DNA of 63,460 bases, filler included, from Actinomycetota bacterium (GCA_025963875.1; 8 parts of 8 records of this genome joined end to end with filler, not necessarily neighbours in it), one strand, 5' to 3'. Positions 39,016 to 48,517 are shown, counted from the whole stretch's first letter. Translations and numbers: made by a program. The notes: generated by a model from the sequence alone, not told the origin.

Positions 39016-39839
39016 CCATGTCCAACGTGCCCAAGCCGCCCAAGCCTCGGCCCAAACCGAAGCGGCCCGCGCAACCCGCCCCCGCCCGGGGCGCCGGTTC
39101 CGTTCCGGAGGGGGTCCGCCTCCAGAAGCTCCTGGCGGGGGCCGGCATCGCATCTCGCCGGCGTTCCGAGGATCTGATCCGGCGAGGCCTCGTCACGGTC
39201 GACGGGCGGACCGCCGTCCTGGGGGAGCGGGTGGATCCCACGAAGGTGGCGGTGGCGGTGGAGGGCAGGCGGGTGTCGCTCGATCCCGGCAAGCTCTACT
39301 ACGCCCTCAACAAGCCCGCGGGTGTGGTCACGACGAGCAAGGACCCCGAGGGCCGCACGACGGTGCTCGACCTGCTGGGGTTCGCGGAGCGCGTCCTGCC
39401 GGTGGGCAGGCTGGACGCCCCCACCGAGGGGCTCCTGTTGCTGACCAATGACGGCGAGCTGTCGCACCGCCTCGCCCACCCCTCGTACGAGGTGCCCCGG
39501 ACCTACGTCGCCGAGGTGAAGGGGGAGCCCGGGCGCGGCGCCCTCCGGCGTCTCACGGAGGAGGGCGTCCCGATTCCCCAAGGCGGCACCGCCCGGGCCG
39601 ACAGCGTGACCGTCGTCGACGTCCGCCCGGGCCGGGATGCCCGGAGCCTGGTTGAGGTCGTCGTCCATGAGGGCCGCAAGCACGTCGTGCGCAACATGCT
39701 GGCGGCCGTGGACCTGCCGGTCGTGCGGCTGGTCCGGACCCAGTTCGGCCCCCTGCGCCTCGACCGACTGGCGCCCGGCAGCTACCGGAGGCTCTCGCAG
39801 GCCGAGGTCGCGGCGCTCTACGAGGCAGTCGGGCTGTAG
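39012..39839 (+). CDS. rluB: RsuA/RluB-family pseudouridine synthase
   Basis: RLQKLLA..G.ASRR, VGRLD, LLLTNDG, HEGRKH. Confidence 0.88.
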   Translation: MTMSNVPKPPKPRPKPKRPAQPAPARGAGSVPEGVRLQKLLAGAGIASRRRSEDLIRRGLVTVDGRTAVLGERVDPTKVAVAVEGRRVSLDPGKLYYALNKPAGVVTTSKDPEGRTTVLDLLGFAERVLPVGRLDAPTEGLLLLTNDGELSHRLAHPSYEVPRTYVAEVKGEPGRGALRRLTEEGVPIPQGGTARADSVTVVDVRPGRDARSLVEVVVHEGRKHVVRNMLAAVDLPVVRLVRTQFGPLRLDRLAPGSYRRLSQAEVAALYEAVGL

Positions 39840-39975
39840 GCGTCAGCCGGCCGGGAACAGAGGAAGCGCCCCCTCCGGGAGAATTCATCCCTTCCAGATC
39901 CTGACGGAGCGGCGTAGGCTGGCGACACTCACCTCAAACGAAGCACCCCCGAGCAACGACAGGGAGGACGCCATC

Positions 39976-40524
39976 ATGCTTTCCGACTTCCGGACGCGCA
40001 AGCTTGCCTCAGGATTCGCGGAACTGGACGCAGACGAGGATGGGCGTCTGGAGCGCGGCGATATCGAAATGCTGGTGGAGAGCCACGGATCCGCCTACGG
40101 CTTCGAGCCGGGTTCGCCCGAATACGAGGACCTCGCCCGAAAGACGTTGGGCATCTGGGACCAGCTCCGGCAGTTTGACTCCGACGGGGACGGCCAGGTG
40201 ACCCTCGAAGAGTATGTGGCGGGCTTCGATGCCTTCATCAGCCAGCGGGATGCCTTCATGGCGGGGATGGGCGCCCTGGTGGACTCCTTCTACTCGATGG
40301 CGGACCGCGACGGCGACGGCCTCATCAGCGAGGAGGAGCTGATCCTTCACTACCGTGCGTGGCGGCACTCCGAGGACCAGGCGAGGCAGGCATTCACGCA
40401 CCTGGACCGGGGGGGCCGCGGCGGGATCTCCAAGCAGGACTGGATGCGCAACCTCGAGGAGTTCTACTTCAGCGACGACCCCGAGGCGCCGGGGAACTGG
40501 CTCGCACCGCTTCCCGGGGCCTGA
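39976..40524 (+). CDS. EF-hand calcium-binding protein (calerythrin-like)
   Basis: Loops DADEDGRL, DSDGDGQV, DRDGDGLI; GGAGG RBS. Confidence 0.88.
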   Translation: MLSDFRTRKLASGFAELDADEDGRLERGDIEMLVESHGSAYGFEPGSPEYEDLARKTLGIWDQLRQFDSDGDGQVTLEEYVAGFDAFISQRDAFMAGMGALVDSFYSMADRDGDGLISEEELILHYRAWRHSEDQARQAFTHLDRGGRGGISKQDWMRNLEEFYFSDDPEAPGNWLAPLPGA

Positions 40525-40528
40525 TCGG

Positions 40529-41059
40529 ATGAGGCGCGCCGGTCTCGCTGCCTTCGCCGCCTGCCTTGCTCTCGCGGCGCTGGTGGCGCTCGGCATCCCG
40601 GCGGCGGCGGACGAGGCACGCCAGAACCAACGATTCCTTATCGCGGGCACCGTGGAGAGCCCCACCGCCCTCGTCGTCGCCGAGGGGCTGGTGCACGGCC
40701 TGGGGACGTTGACCGCCGAGTCGGCCGACTTCCACCAGGACACTAACTCCTACGACGAGACCGACCTTCTGGCCGTCGGCTCCGGGTCGCTGCAGGTGGT
40801 GGTCCACGGGTCGTTCAACACCTGGCCGTTCACGCTCGACCCGGCGAGCTGTAGCCAACACGGCACCGTGAAGGGGACCTGGACGATCGCCTCGGGTGCT
40901 GGTTCGCTGGCCGGTGCGACCGGGGGCGGCACCTTGTCCGGCGTCTTCCTTACCTACGCAGGCAAGACGGCCGCCGGCTGTGACGAGACGGCGATCAAAG
41001 GGTTCGTGTTCGGCCCGATGGTGGGGGCCCTGCAGCTGCCGCAAGGATCGGGCGACTGA
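40529..41059 (+). CDS. Secreted beta-rich hypothetical protein
   Basis: Signal peptide; two Cys; GTWTIASGAGSLAGATGGG. Confidence 0.6.
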   Translation: MRRAGLAAFAACLALAALVALGIPAAADEARQNQRFLIAGTVESPTALVVAEGLVHGLGTLTAESADFHQDTNSYDETDLLAVGSGSLQVVVHGSFNTWPFTLDPASCSQHGTVKGTWTIASGAGSLAGATGGGTLSGVFLTYAGKTAAGCDETAIKGFVFGPMVGALQLPQGSGD

Positions 41060-41702
41060 ACTCGCGGTCGCGCCGCAGCATCTCGATGGTGCCGCGGCGG
41101 CATCGCCGGTGCCGGCTGCCGCGTCCTGCCGGCGGGTTACGTCAGAAGTGCTTCTCAGTGGCGTGCGCCATGCTGGATGGCGAGGAATGCACGCAACCAG
41201 TTGGTAGCTTGTCATCAACTCGGCCTCTGAACCAGCGCGCAAAGAAGCCCGAATTGAGAGAAGTAATGAGATCCGTTGAGTGCCCGGTTTTGCTTAGCTA
41301 GGGCGCAAGGGGGCCTCTTCGTGATATTCCTGTCGTGGCCGACTGGCACGGCGAGCCCTTCTCTCAATCGTTCCATTGCATTACATACCTTCCGAGCGAA
41401 TTACATACCTTCTGATTGGTATGCAATTCAGTCCCGGTTGCCCAATTGCGAACTGTTTCCGCCGCCATCTTTTGGGGTAAACAAAGTATTTGTGGCACGC
41501 GCCCGATCCTATGAGCCGCAATCAATGCCGCCAAGGAAGCCCTTACGGACCAGGGTTTTACGCGAGCGGGGGTTGAGGCCCTCGAGGACACCCACCGGCG
41601 ATCGGCCCGCGCTCTCACGCGCCCGACGCCCTACCCGTGGGGACCCGCAGAACCGGGCGCCGGCGGCCCTGGCCTGTAAAGACGAATGTGTGACACCTTG
41701 AT

Positions 41703-41734
41703 AGCAGGGTCCTGATGAGGACCAGGACCCTGAT
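41703..41734. promoter_or_regulatory. Tandem palindromic operators (A.CAGGnnCCTGAT) upstream of a MarR gene
   Basis: agcagggtcctgat and accaggaccctgat. Confidence 0.5.
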
Positions 41735-41926
41735 AATTGGCCCGGAATCGGGTTATCGAACGGGGGATGAAAACTTGGGTCTCTTTGAGGAGGGGCCGCA
41801 GCCAATCGGGTACCTGCTCAAACGCGTCCAGCACTCCCTTCGTCTGGCGATGGACGAGAAGCTTCGCGAGTACGAGCTGAGCACCCCTCAATACGCCGCA
41901 CTCTGGGCTCTCGGGCGGGAGCCGGG
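41715..41926 (+). CDS. MarR-family regulator, N-terminal fragment (start likely near 41775)
   Basis: IGYLLKRVQHSLR.AMDEKL..YELSTPQYAAL. Confidence 0.75.
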
Positions 41927-42026
41927 NNNNNNNNNNNNNNNNNNNNNNNNNNNNNNNNNNNNNNNNNNNNTTAATTAATTAANNNNNNNNNNNNNNNNNN
42001 NNNNNNNNNNNNNNNNNNNNNNNNNN

Positions 42027-42346
42027 CCGTGCTGTTCCTCGACGAACCGTTCAGCGCCCTCGACGAGCTGACCCGGGAGGAGATGAACCTCGAGCTCCTC
42101 CGGGTCTTCCAGAGCGAGCCGGAGCTGAAGGCCGCCGTACTCGTCACCCATTCCATCGAGGAAGCAACCTTCCTGGCCGACCGCATCGTGGTGCTGAGCG
42201 GGCGGCCCGGACGGGTGCTCGACATCGTCCCCGTCGACCTGCCCCGCCCCCGCGTTCTCGACCACAAGGACTCAGAAAGGTTCCATGCATGCGTCGCTCA
42301 ACTCCGTCGTCTTCTGCGATCCAGCGCGCCGCCCCGGTCCTCCTGA
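42027..42346 (+). CDS. NitT/TauT-type ABC ATPase, C-terminal fragment
   Basis: LDEPFSALDELTR, VTHSIEEA, RPGRV. Confidence 0.88.
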
Positions 42347-43068
42347 CGCCGGCGGCCTTCCTGGCCGTCTTCGTGATCGGCTGGGAGGTCCTGGTGCGCG
42401 TCCTGCACGTCCCCGCCTACCTGGTGCCCAGGCCGAGCCAGTTGCTCAACTCGGTGCCAGCGGACATCGGGTCCCACATTTGGATCACGGCCGAGGAAGT
42501 GGCGCTCGGTTTTGTCGTCGCCAACCTGCTCGCCTTCGTCAGCGCCATCGCGTTCGCCCAGAGCCGCACCCTCGAGCGCGGTCTGTACCCGATTGCCATC
42601 GCCCTGAAGACGACGCCGCTCGTGGCGATCGCCCCCCTGCTCGTCCTGTGGTTCGGGACCGGTCTTGCGTCCAAGGTGGTGGCGGCCGCCCTGATCAGCT
42701 TCTTCCCGATGCTCGTCAACACCATCAAAGGGGTGCGCTCGATCGGCGCCGACGAGAACGAGCTGTTCCTTGCGCTGCGGGCCAACCGCCGGGACCGCCT
42801 CCTCCGCCTGCAGCTGCCCACGGCCCTGCCCTACATCTTCGCGGCGCTCAAGATCTCGAGCTCCCTGGCCGTCGTGGGCGCGATCGTGGGGGAGTTCGTC
42901 GGCGCCAAGGCCGGCCTCGGGTTCCTGATCCTGCAGTCGTCCTACCATCTCGATTCCGCTGCGCTGTTCGTCACCATCATCCTCGCCGCCCTCCTCGGCT
43001 TCGCGTTGTTCGGGGCGGTCTGCGTGGTGGAGCGGCTCGTCTGCACGTGGGAGCAGGTGGAGGCGTGA
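42289..43068 (+). CDS. NitT/TauT-type ABC permease
   Basis: PLVAIAPLLVLWFG, FFPMLVNT, GAIVGEF. Confidence 0.9.
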   Translation: MRRSTPSSSAIQRAAPVLLTPAAFLAVFVIGWEVLVRVLHVPAYLVPRPSQLLNSVPADIGSHIWITAEEVALGFVVANLLAFVSAIAFAQSRTLERGLYPIAIALKTTPLVAIAPLLVLWFGTGLASKVVAAALISFFPMLVNTIKGVRSIGADENELFLALRANRRDRLLRLQLPTALPYIFAALKISSSLAVVGAIVGEFVGAKAGLGFLILQSSYHLDSAALFVTIILAALLGFALFGAVCVVERLVCTWEQVEA

Positions 43069-44102
43069 GCGTCCTGTCCCTGCACCGGATTCCGAGCGCG
43101 GACCCAGCCGACACCAGTGGGTTGCCGCAGGCCTGCAAGGATGGCCTCGATCCCTCGCGGGCTCTTGCCGTGATCGGCAAGACCGAGGGCAACGGGTGCG
43201 TCAACGACTTCACGCGCGGGATGGCCGCCGCCGCCTGGCAGGCGGTGTTCCCGGTGCCGATTGTCGCCGTCATGTCGGGTGGCACCGAGGGTGTCCTCTC
43301 GCCGCACGTCGTTGTGCTCACTACCGCCGACGACGACAGCGCCTATCCGTGCGGTGCTCTTGTGGCTGCCGCTGGTCGTACGCCTCGGATCGCACCCGAG
43401 CAACTCGGCCGGCGCGGCCAGGCCGAGGCCGTGGCGGCCTCCTTGCGCCAGCTCTGCGCCGACGCGGGTATCTCGCCCGGGGAGGTGGAATTCGTGCTCG
43501 TGAAATGCCCGCTGCTGACGGGCGTGGTGATTGCGGAGCGACCCCCGGGCGTCCTCGCGTCGAACGACACCTACGAGTCCATGGCCCACAGCCGGGCGGC
43601 CTCCGCGCTCGGCGCCGCCCATGCCCTCGGTGAGATCAACGAGGCCCAGCTCGTTGCCGGTCTTGCCGGGGACCTGAGCGTCTACTCCAGCGTCGCCTCC
43701 GCCAGCGCGGGGGTCGAGGTTGACTGCTGCGAGATCGTGGTGCTCGGCCACAATCCTGCGGCCCGAGGGCCGCTGCGGGCCACGCATGCGGTGATGCGAG
43801 ACGCCCTTGATGCGGCCTCAGTGCAGCTGGCGCTGGAGCGGATCCGAGGCGCCGGGGGCCACGTAGTCCACCTCTTCGCGAAGGCTGAGGCCGACCCCAG
43901 CGGCAGCGTCCGCGGTCGCCGGCACACCATGCTCACCGACTCGGACATCCATGACACCCGGCACGCTCGCGCTGCCCTTGGAGGACTCCTGGCCGGCCTG
44001 ACGGGCGAACCCGCCATCTACGTCTCCGGCGGCGCCGAACATCAGGGCCCGCCTGGCGGGGGCCCGGTGACGATCATCTGGGAGCTGCCGAAGCCAATCT
44101 GA
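43065..44102 (+). CDS. atzD: Cyanuric acid amidohydrolase-type ring-opening amidohydrolase (AtzD/barbiturase family)
   Basis: GKTEGNGCVNDFTR, MSGGTEG, RAASALG, YVSGGAEHQGPPGGG. Confidence 0.85.
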   Translation: MSVLSLHRIPSADPADTSGLPQACKDGLDPSRALAVIGKTEGNGCVNDFTRGMAAAAWQAVFPVPIVAVMSGGTEGVLSPHVVVLTTADDDSAYPCGALVAAAGRTPRIAPEQLGRRGQAEAVAASLRQLCADAGISPGEVEFVLVKCPLLTGVVIAERPPGVLASNDTYESMAHSRAASALGAAHALGEINEAQLVAGLAGDLSVYSSVASASAGVEVDCCEIVVLGHNPAARGPLRATHAVMRDALDAASVQLALERIRGAGGHVVHLFAKAEADPSGSVRGRRHTMLTDSDIHDTRHARAALGGLLAGLTGEPAIYVSGGAEHQGPPGGGPVTIIWELPKPI

Positions 44103-44885
44103 GCGCCTCGAATTCTGTGTCTGTCAGCTCGATCTGCAACGCGGCCAGGTTCTCCTTCAGGTGCTGGGGCGACAGCGTCCCTGGGATCGGCAGGATCGTC
44201 GGGGAGCGCCGGAGGAGCCACGCGAGCTCGATCTGCGCGGGCGTCGCCTCGTGTCGAGCGGCGATTTCTTCAACGGCGGTCCCCCCGTCACCGCGCAGCG
44301 GGAAGAAGGGCACGAACACGATGTCTTCCCTAGCGCAGTAGTCGACGACCGTCTCGTGTTTACGTTCGGAAATGTTGTAGTGATTCTGGACGGCGGCGAT
44401 CGGCACGACCCGGCGGGCTCGCTCGATCTCGTCGATCGAGACCTCGGAGATACCGACGTGCCGGATCTTGCCGCGGTCGCGGTACTCCTTGATGGCGGCG
44501 AGACTGTCTTCGAGCGGCGTCTCCCGGTCGACCCGGTGCAGGTAGTAGAGAGGGATGCTGTCCGTGCGCAGTCGACGAAGGCTCTCCTCGATTTCGGCGT
44601 GGAGCACCTCCGGACGTCCGTGACCGGGGCCGCCAATCCCGCCTTTCGTGCCTACCAGGACACCGTCGGGATTGGCTGACAGCGCCGCACCGATTGTCTC
44701 TTCGCTTTCCCCACGTGTGTACGAGTGAGCGGTGTCGATCATCCCGACCCCGGCGGCGACCGCTTCCTTCACGAAGGCCACGTTCGCCGGCGTGTTGGAG
44801 AGACGGTTTGTCCCCAGCCCCATGCGGACGATCTCGGCTTCACCGAGTCTCAGCTTCGGCTCATGATGCGTGGAAGACGACGTGC
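44074..44885 (-). CDS. Aldo/keto reductase (5' end at contig edge)
   Basis: IDTAHSY, GTKGG, YYLHR, GKIRHVGISE, IPGT. Confidence 0.9.
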
Positions 44886-44985
44886 NNNNNNNNNNNNNNN
44901 NNNNNNNNNNNNNNNNNNNNNNNNNNNNNTTAATTAATTAANNNNNNNNNNNNNNNNNNNNNNNNNNNNNNNNNNNNNNNNNNNN

Positions 44986-45329
44986 GCGTGCTCAGGCAGG
45001 CGGGCACGGAGGCCCCCTTTACGGGCGAGTACTTCGACTGCCATGACGACGGCACCTACCGCTGCGCGGCGTGCGGGGCCGAGCTGTTCACCTCCGATGC
45101 CAAGTTCGAGTCCGGGACGGGCTGGCCCAGCTTCACCGAGCCGGCGGTTGCCGCCGCGGTGGACCTGCACAAGGACTTCTCCCACGGGATGCTGCGGACC
45201 GAGGTCCGCTGCCGGGCCTGCGGCTCGCACCTGGGCCACGTGTTCAACGACGGGCCGCGCCCGACCGGCAAGCGGTTCTGCATCAACTCGTGTGCCCTGG
45301 AGCTGGACCGGGAAGGCGGTGCGGTATGA
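44986..45329 (+). CDS. msrB: Methionine-R-sulfoxide reductase (5' truncated, Cys form)
   Basis: [33 protein letters not shown]. Confidence 0.95.
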
Positions 45330-45805
45330 CCACGACCAGGTACGCAACCTTCGGCGCTGGCTGATTCTGGGGCATCGAGGCGGAGTTCCGCCTCATCCCC
45401 GGCGTCGTCGACACCGCCGTCGGCTACGCCGGCGGCAAGACGTCGAACCCGACCTACGGGGACGTCTGCTCGCACCGCACCGGCCACGCCGAGGTGGTGC
45501 GGGTCGAGTACGACCCGTCCCAGGTGTCGTACGAGACCCTGCTCGACCGCTTCTGGCACATCCACAACCCCACCACGAAGAACCGGCAGGGGTTGGACTT
45601 CGGGAGCCAGTACCGATCGGTGATCTTCTTCCACGACGACGAGCAGAAGGCCGTCGCCATCGCGTCCCGGGATGCCCAGGACCGTTCGGGTGAGCACCGC
45701 AAGAAGATCGTGACCGAGATCCTCCCCGCCCCGGAGTTCTGGCGGGCCGAGGAGTACCACCAGCAGTACTACGACAAGCACGGCATCGCGGCCTGCAGGT
45801 TCTGA
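45326..45805 (+). CDS. msrA: Methionine-S-sulfoxide reductase, predicted selenocysteine form (TGA at 45362-45364)
   Basis: ATFGAG(TGA)FWG matches the GCFWG active site; the frame continues through GYAGG, TGHAE, RQG.D.GSQYRS and [12 protein letters not shown] coupling to msrB. Confidence 0.9.
45367..45402 (+). promoter_or_regulatory. Bacterial SECIS-like hairpin in msrA
   Basis: ctgggg-c-at-c-gaggcgg[agtt]ccgcctc-at-ccccgg; apical GT about 21 nt after the TGA. Confidence 0.7.
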
Positions 45806-45874
45806 GCGAGCCGGAGGGGTGTCCCGTTCCGAATGAGGCAGGAGGGAGTATGAGCTGGAAGGGGGGAGCCCGAC

Positions 45875-46042
45875 ATGCCGGAATTCAAATGAGTGGACGC
45901 CGGGGCGAACTGTAACGGTCACTTCAAGGCAGCCACCAAAGAGGATCTGATGCGCGACGTCGCCGAACACTTCAAAAAGAAGCACGGAGTGGGGGACCCG
46001 ACGGAGACCATCATGAACCTGGTGGCGAAGCTGGCGAAGTAG
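45875..46042 (+). CDS. DUF1059-like small metal-binding protein, predicted selenoprotein (TGA at 45890-45892)
   Basis: GGAG RBS; MPEFK(U)VDAGANCNGHFKAATKEDLMRDVAEHFKKKHG...; TGA falls at the first Cys of the F.C.D.G..C...EH...HG pattern. Confidence 0.75.
45893..45936 (+). promoter_or_regulatory. SECIS-like hairpin in the DUF1059-like gene
   Basis: gtgg/ccac, gcc/ggc, gggg/cttc and actg/cggt stems; apical GT 20 nt after the TGA. Confidence 0.5.
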
Positions 46043-46078
46043 TTACGGCCACGCCGTTCCTGGTCCAGGGACACGAGA

Positions 46079-47839
46079 ATGTCGACAATCAAAACTGCAC
46101 CGGTCGCCGAGCGAAAAGGCTCCAGGATCGATCTTGGCGCCCGCCTGGTGATGACGGCGCTCTACAAGCGCCTGTTCTCGCTGGGGCTCTGGGAGCACAT
46201 CCGCTCGGTGGGCGGCAACCGGGACAAGGGGATCGGGGGAGCGTACTTCGTCACCCACGACAACCAGGCCTTCTTCGAGGACCTGATCCGCAGCGGCTCG
46301 TTCTGCAAGGACTCCGCTGCGGGCTCCATCCTCCACAAGAGGGTCATCTCGCTGCGGGAGGTTGGCGCCCAGCCGGGGCTGCACCTCGAGTTGGGTGCGG
46401 ACGACCGCATCTACGTCCACCTGGACGAGCACTCGCCGGTCGGGGGGGTCAAGGCGGACGGCACGTGCCGCTACGAGCGGGCCAAGACCGCCGACCATAT
46501 CCGCCTCGACGTGCTCCGCGCCTTCACCGGCTCCCTGCGTGTCGGGGCGCTCGCTGGCAGGGTGTCATCCTCGGGCAGGGAGCTGGCCGCGGCCGAGGGC
46601 GGCTGGCGCAAGGCCCGGGACTCGATCGAGCCAGAGGTGGTGGCCCGGGCCGCCCTCACGCTCGCGACGCTGCTCGAGGAGCAGGGCCACGTCGCCCGTG
46701 CCGAACGCCTGTACCGCGACGCCATGGCGACCGGGCACGCGGAGTTGGGCCCCGCCGCCGCCTTCAGCCTCGCTGAGCTGCTCGAAGAGCGCGGGGAGCT
46801 CGACCGGGCCGAGGAGGTCTACCGCTGGTCCATCGCCACCGGCCACAAGGAGTTCGCAGCCTGGGCGGTGTCCGGGCTCGCCGCCCTGCTCGAGAAGCGG
46901 GGCCAGGCCGACGGCGCCCGGGACGCGTACATGACGGCCCTGGCCATCCAGCATCCCGAGATCTCGCCCTGGGCCGCAGTCAAGCTCGGCGGCTTCCTCG
47001 TCGACCAGGGTGAGATCGCCGGGGCGGAGGCTGCCTACAAGATGGCGATCGCCTCCGCCCATCCCGAGTTCGCTCCCTGGGCTGCCCTCGACATGGCATC
47101 CATGCAGGACAAGCTCGGCCGCCGGGAGGACGCCGCCGAGGGCTACCGGGCCGCCATCGCCACCGAGCACCCGGACGCGACGCCCTGGGCAGGCCTCAAG
47201 TTGGCAGCCCTCCTGGAAGCCGAAGGCGACAGTGCCGCGGCCCTGTCCGCCTATGAGGGGGTCATTGCGTTCGCCCACCCCGAGGCCAGTCCCTGGGCGT
47301 GGATCCGCTACGGCGACCTGCTGCAGGAATCAGGCGATTCTGATCGGGCACGGGAGGCCTACGCATCGGCGGTCGCGACGGGCCACGAGGACGCCGCACC
47401 GGACGGCGCGGTGAAGCTCGGCGGGCTCGCCGTCGCCGCCGGTGACTACGCCGCCGCCCGGGACGCCTACCAGCAGGCGATCGACTCGGCCCACCCCGAG
47501 GCCGCCGCCGCGGCAGCCCTCGGCCTGGCATCGCTGCTGGAGGAGCTGGGGGAGCGCAAGGATGCCGTACGGATGTACGAGGAGGCCGCCTCGACCAGCA
47601 ATTCCCAGGTTGCTCCCTGGGCGCTGCTCGGCCTCGGCAGCCTCCTCGAGGCCGAGGGTGACGAGGCGGGCGCCCGCGACGCCTACGCCCGCGCCCTTGA
47701 GAGCGGCCACCCGGAGGCAGGCCTCAGTGCCGGCGTCAAGCTCGGCGCCCTCCTCGAGGCCGCCGGCGACGAGGCGGGGGCCAAGGATGCCTACCGGGCG
47801 GCCCTGGCTCTTCAGGAAGCGCAGCCCGCTTCTCCCTGA
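46079..47839 (+). CDS. TPR/SEL1-like repeat protein with unknown N-terminal domain
   Basis: About 10 repeats of about 37 aa (LG.LL...GD...A..AY..AI...HPE). Confidence 0.85.
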   Translation: MSTIKTAPVAERKGSRIDLGARLVMTALYKRLFSLGLWEHIRSVGGNRDKGIGGAYFVTHDNQAFFEDLIRSGSFCKDSAAGSILHKRVISLREVGAQPGLHLELGADDRIYVHLDEHSPVGGVKADGTCRYERAKTADHIRLDVLRAFTGSLRVGALAGRVSSSGRELAAAEGGWRKARDSIEPEVVARAALTLATLLEEQGHVARAERLYRDAMATGHAELGPAAAFSLAELLEERGELDRAEEVYRWSIATGHKEFAAWAVSGLAALLEKRGQADGARDAYMTALAIQHPEISPWAAVKLGGFLVDQGEIAGAEAAYKMAIASAHPEFAPWAALDMASMQDKLGRREDAAEGYRAAIATEHPDATPWAGLKLAALLEAEGDSAAALSAYEGVIAFAHPEASPWAWIRYGDLLQESGDSDRAREAYASAVATGHEDAAPDGAVKLGGLAVAAGDYAAARDAYQQAIDSAHPEAAAAAALGLASLLEELGERKDAVRMYEEAASTSNSQVAPWALLGLGSLLEAEGDEAGARDAYARALESGHPEAGLSAGVKLGALLEAAGDEAGAKDAYRAALALQEAQPASP

Positions 47840-47925
47840 CGTCACGGCAGTCCGGGCCATCCGCCCCAAGCTCCGCTCCGAATCTCTCCTGCAAGCACAA
47901 GCCAAGGGAGCGAAGGGAGCGGGTC

Positions 47926-48393
47926 ATGGAGGGTTCACAGAAATTGGGCATCGTCCGGATGTACGCCTTGGTGTTCGGTCTCGCCTATCTGGCGGTCGCT
48001 GCACTCGAGGTGGGTCTCAAGGTCTTCGGTTCGGGCAGCCTGATGGTCGGCGGCCAGACCATCCTCAAGATCACGCCGGCACAGAACGCCATCCACTGGC
48101 TGGTCGGCCTCGCCGTGCTCGGTTCCTTCTTCGCCGGCACCGCAGTCGCCAAGATGGTCGCCAGGGGCGTCGGCATCGTGTTTCTCCTGGTGAGCGCACT
48201 CGGCATCTTCGCCGCCACCTTCACCGGCAAGCTCCTCGGCTTCCCGGGCGCCCTGCCGGTCTCGTACAACGTCGTGCACGTGGCGACCATGGTCGCCGCA
48301 CTGTTCGCAGGATTCGCCGCCGAGGCGGCGTACCAGGGTCGCCGGACCACCTCCTCGGGTTCCGGCGCACCAGCAAGCATGGCCCCCCGCTAA
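47926..48393 (+). CDS. DUF4383-like membrane protein
   Basis: Four TM segments; NAIHWLVG and NVVH motifs. Confidence 0.65.
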   Translation: MEGSQKLGIVRMYALVFGLAYLAVAALEVGLKVFGSGSLMVGGQTILKITPAQNAIHWLVGLAVLGSFFAGTAVAKMVARGVGIVFLLVSALGIFAATFTGKLLGFPGALPVSYNVVHVATMVAALFAGFAAEAAYQGRRTTSSGSGAPASMAPR

Positions 48394-48517
48394 GCAACGA
48401 CCACCCAGTACAGCCGGGGGAGTTGGTCGGGACGGGGGCGGCGAACTTGGCCAGCCGCCCTCGTCCCCGCCGCATCGGGCCGGCCCGTCTCGTTGCTGAG
48501 ATGGGCCGGCTCATCCA

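Noticed and set aside
36675..39839. Apparent separation of scpAB-rluB from aroA-cmk-der
   Set aside because: They lie on different contigs, so the true distance cannot be inferred.
45326..46042. Genome-wide UGA reassignment as the explanation for the two in-frame TGAs
   Set aside because: Many conserved genes here (trpS, scpA, scpB, aroA, dhaK, msrA itself) end at TGA at the expected position, so the recoding is site-specific.
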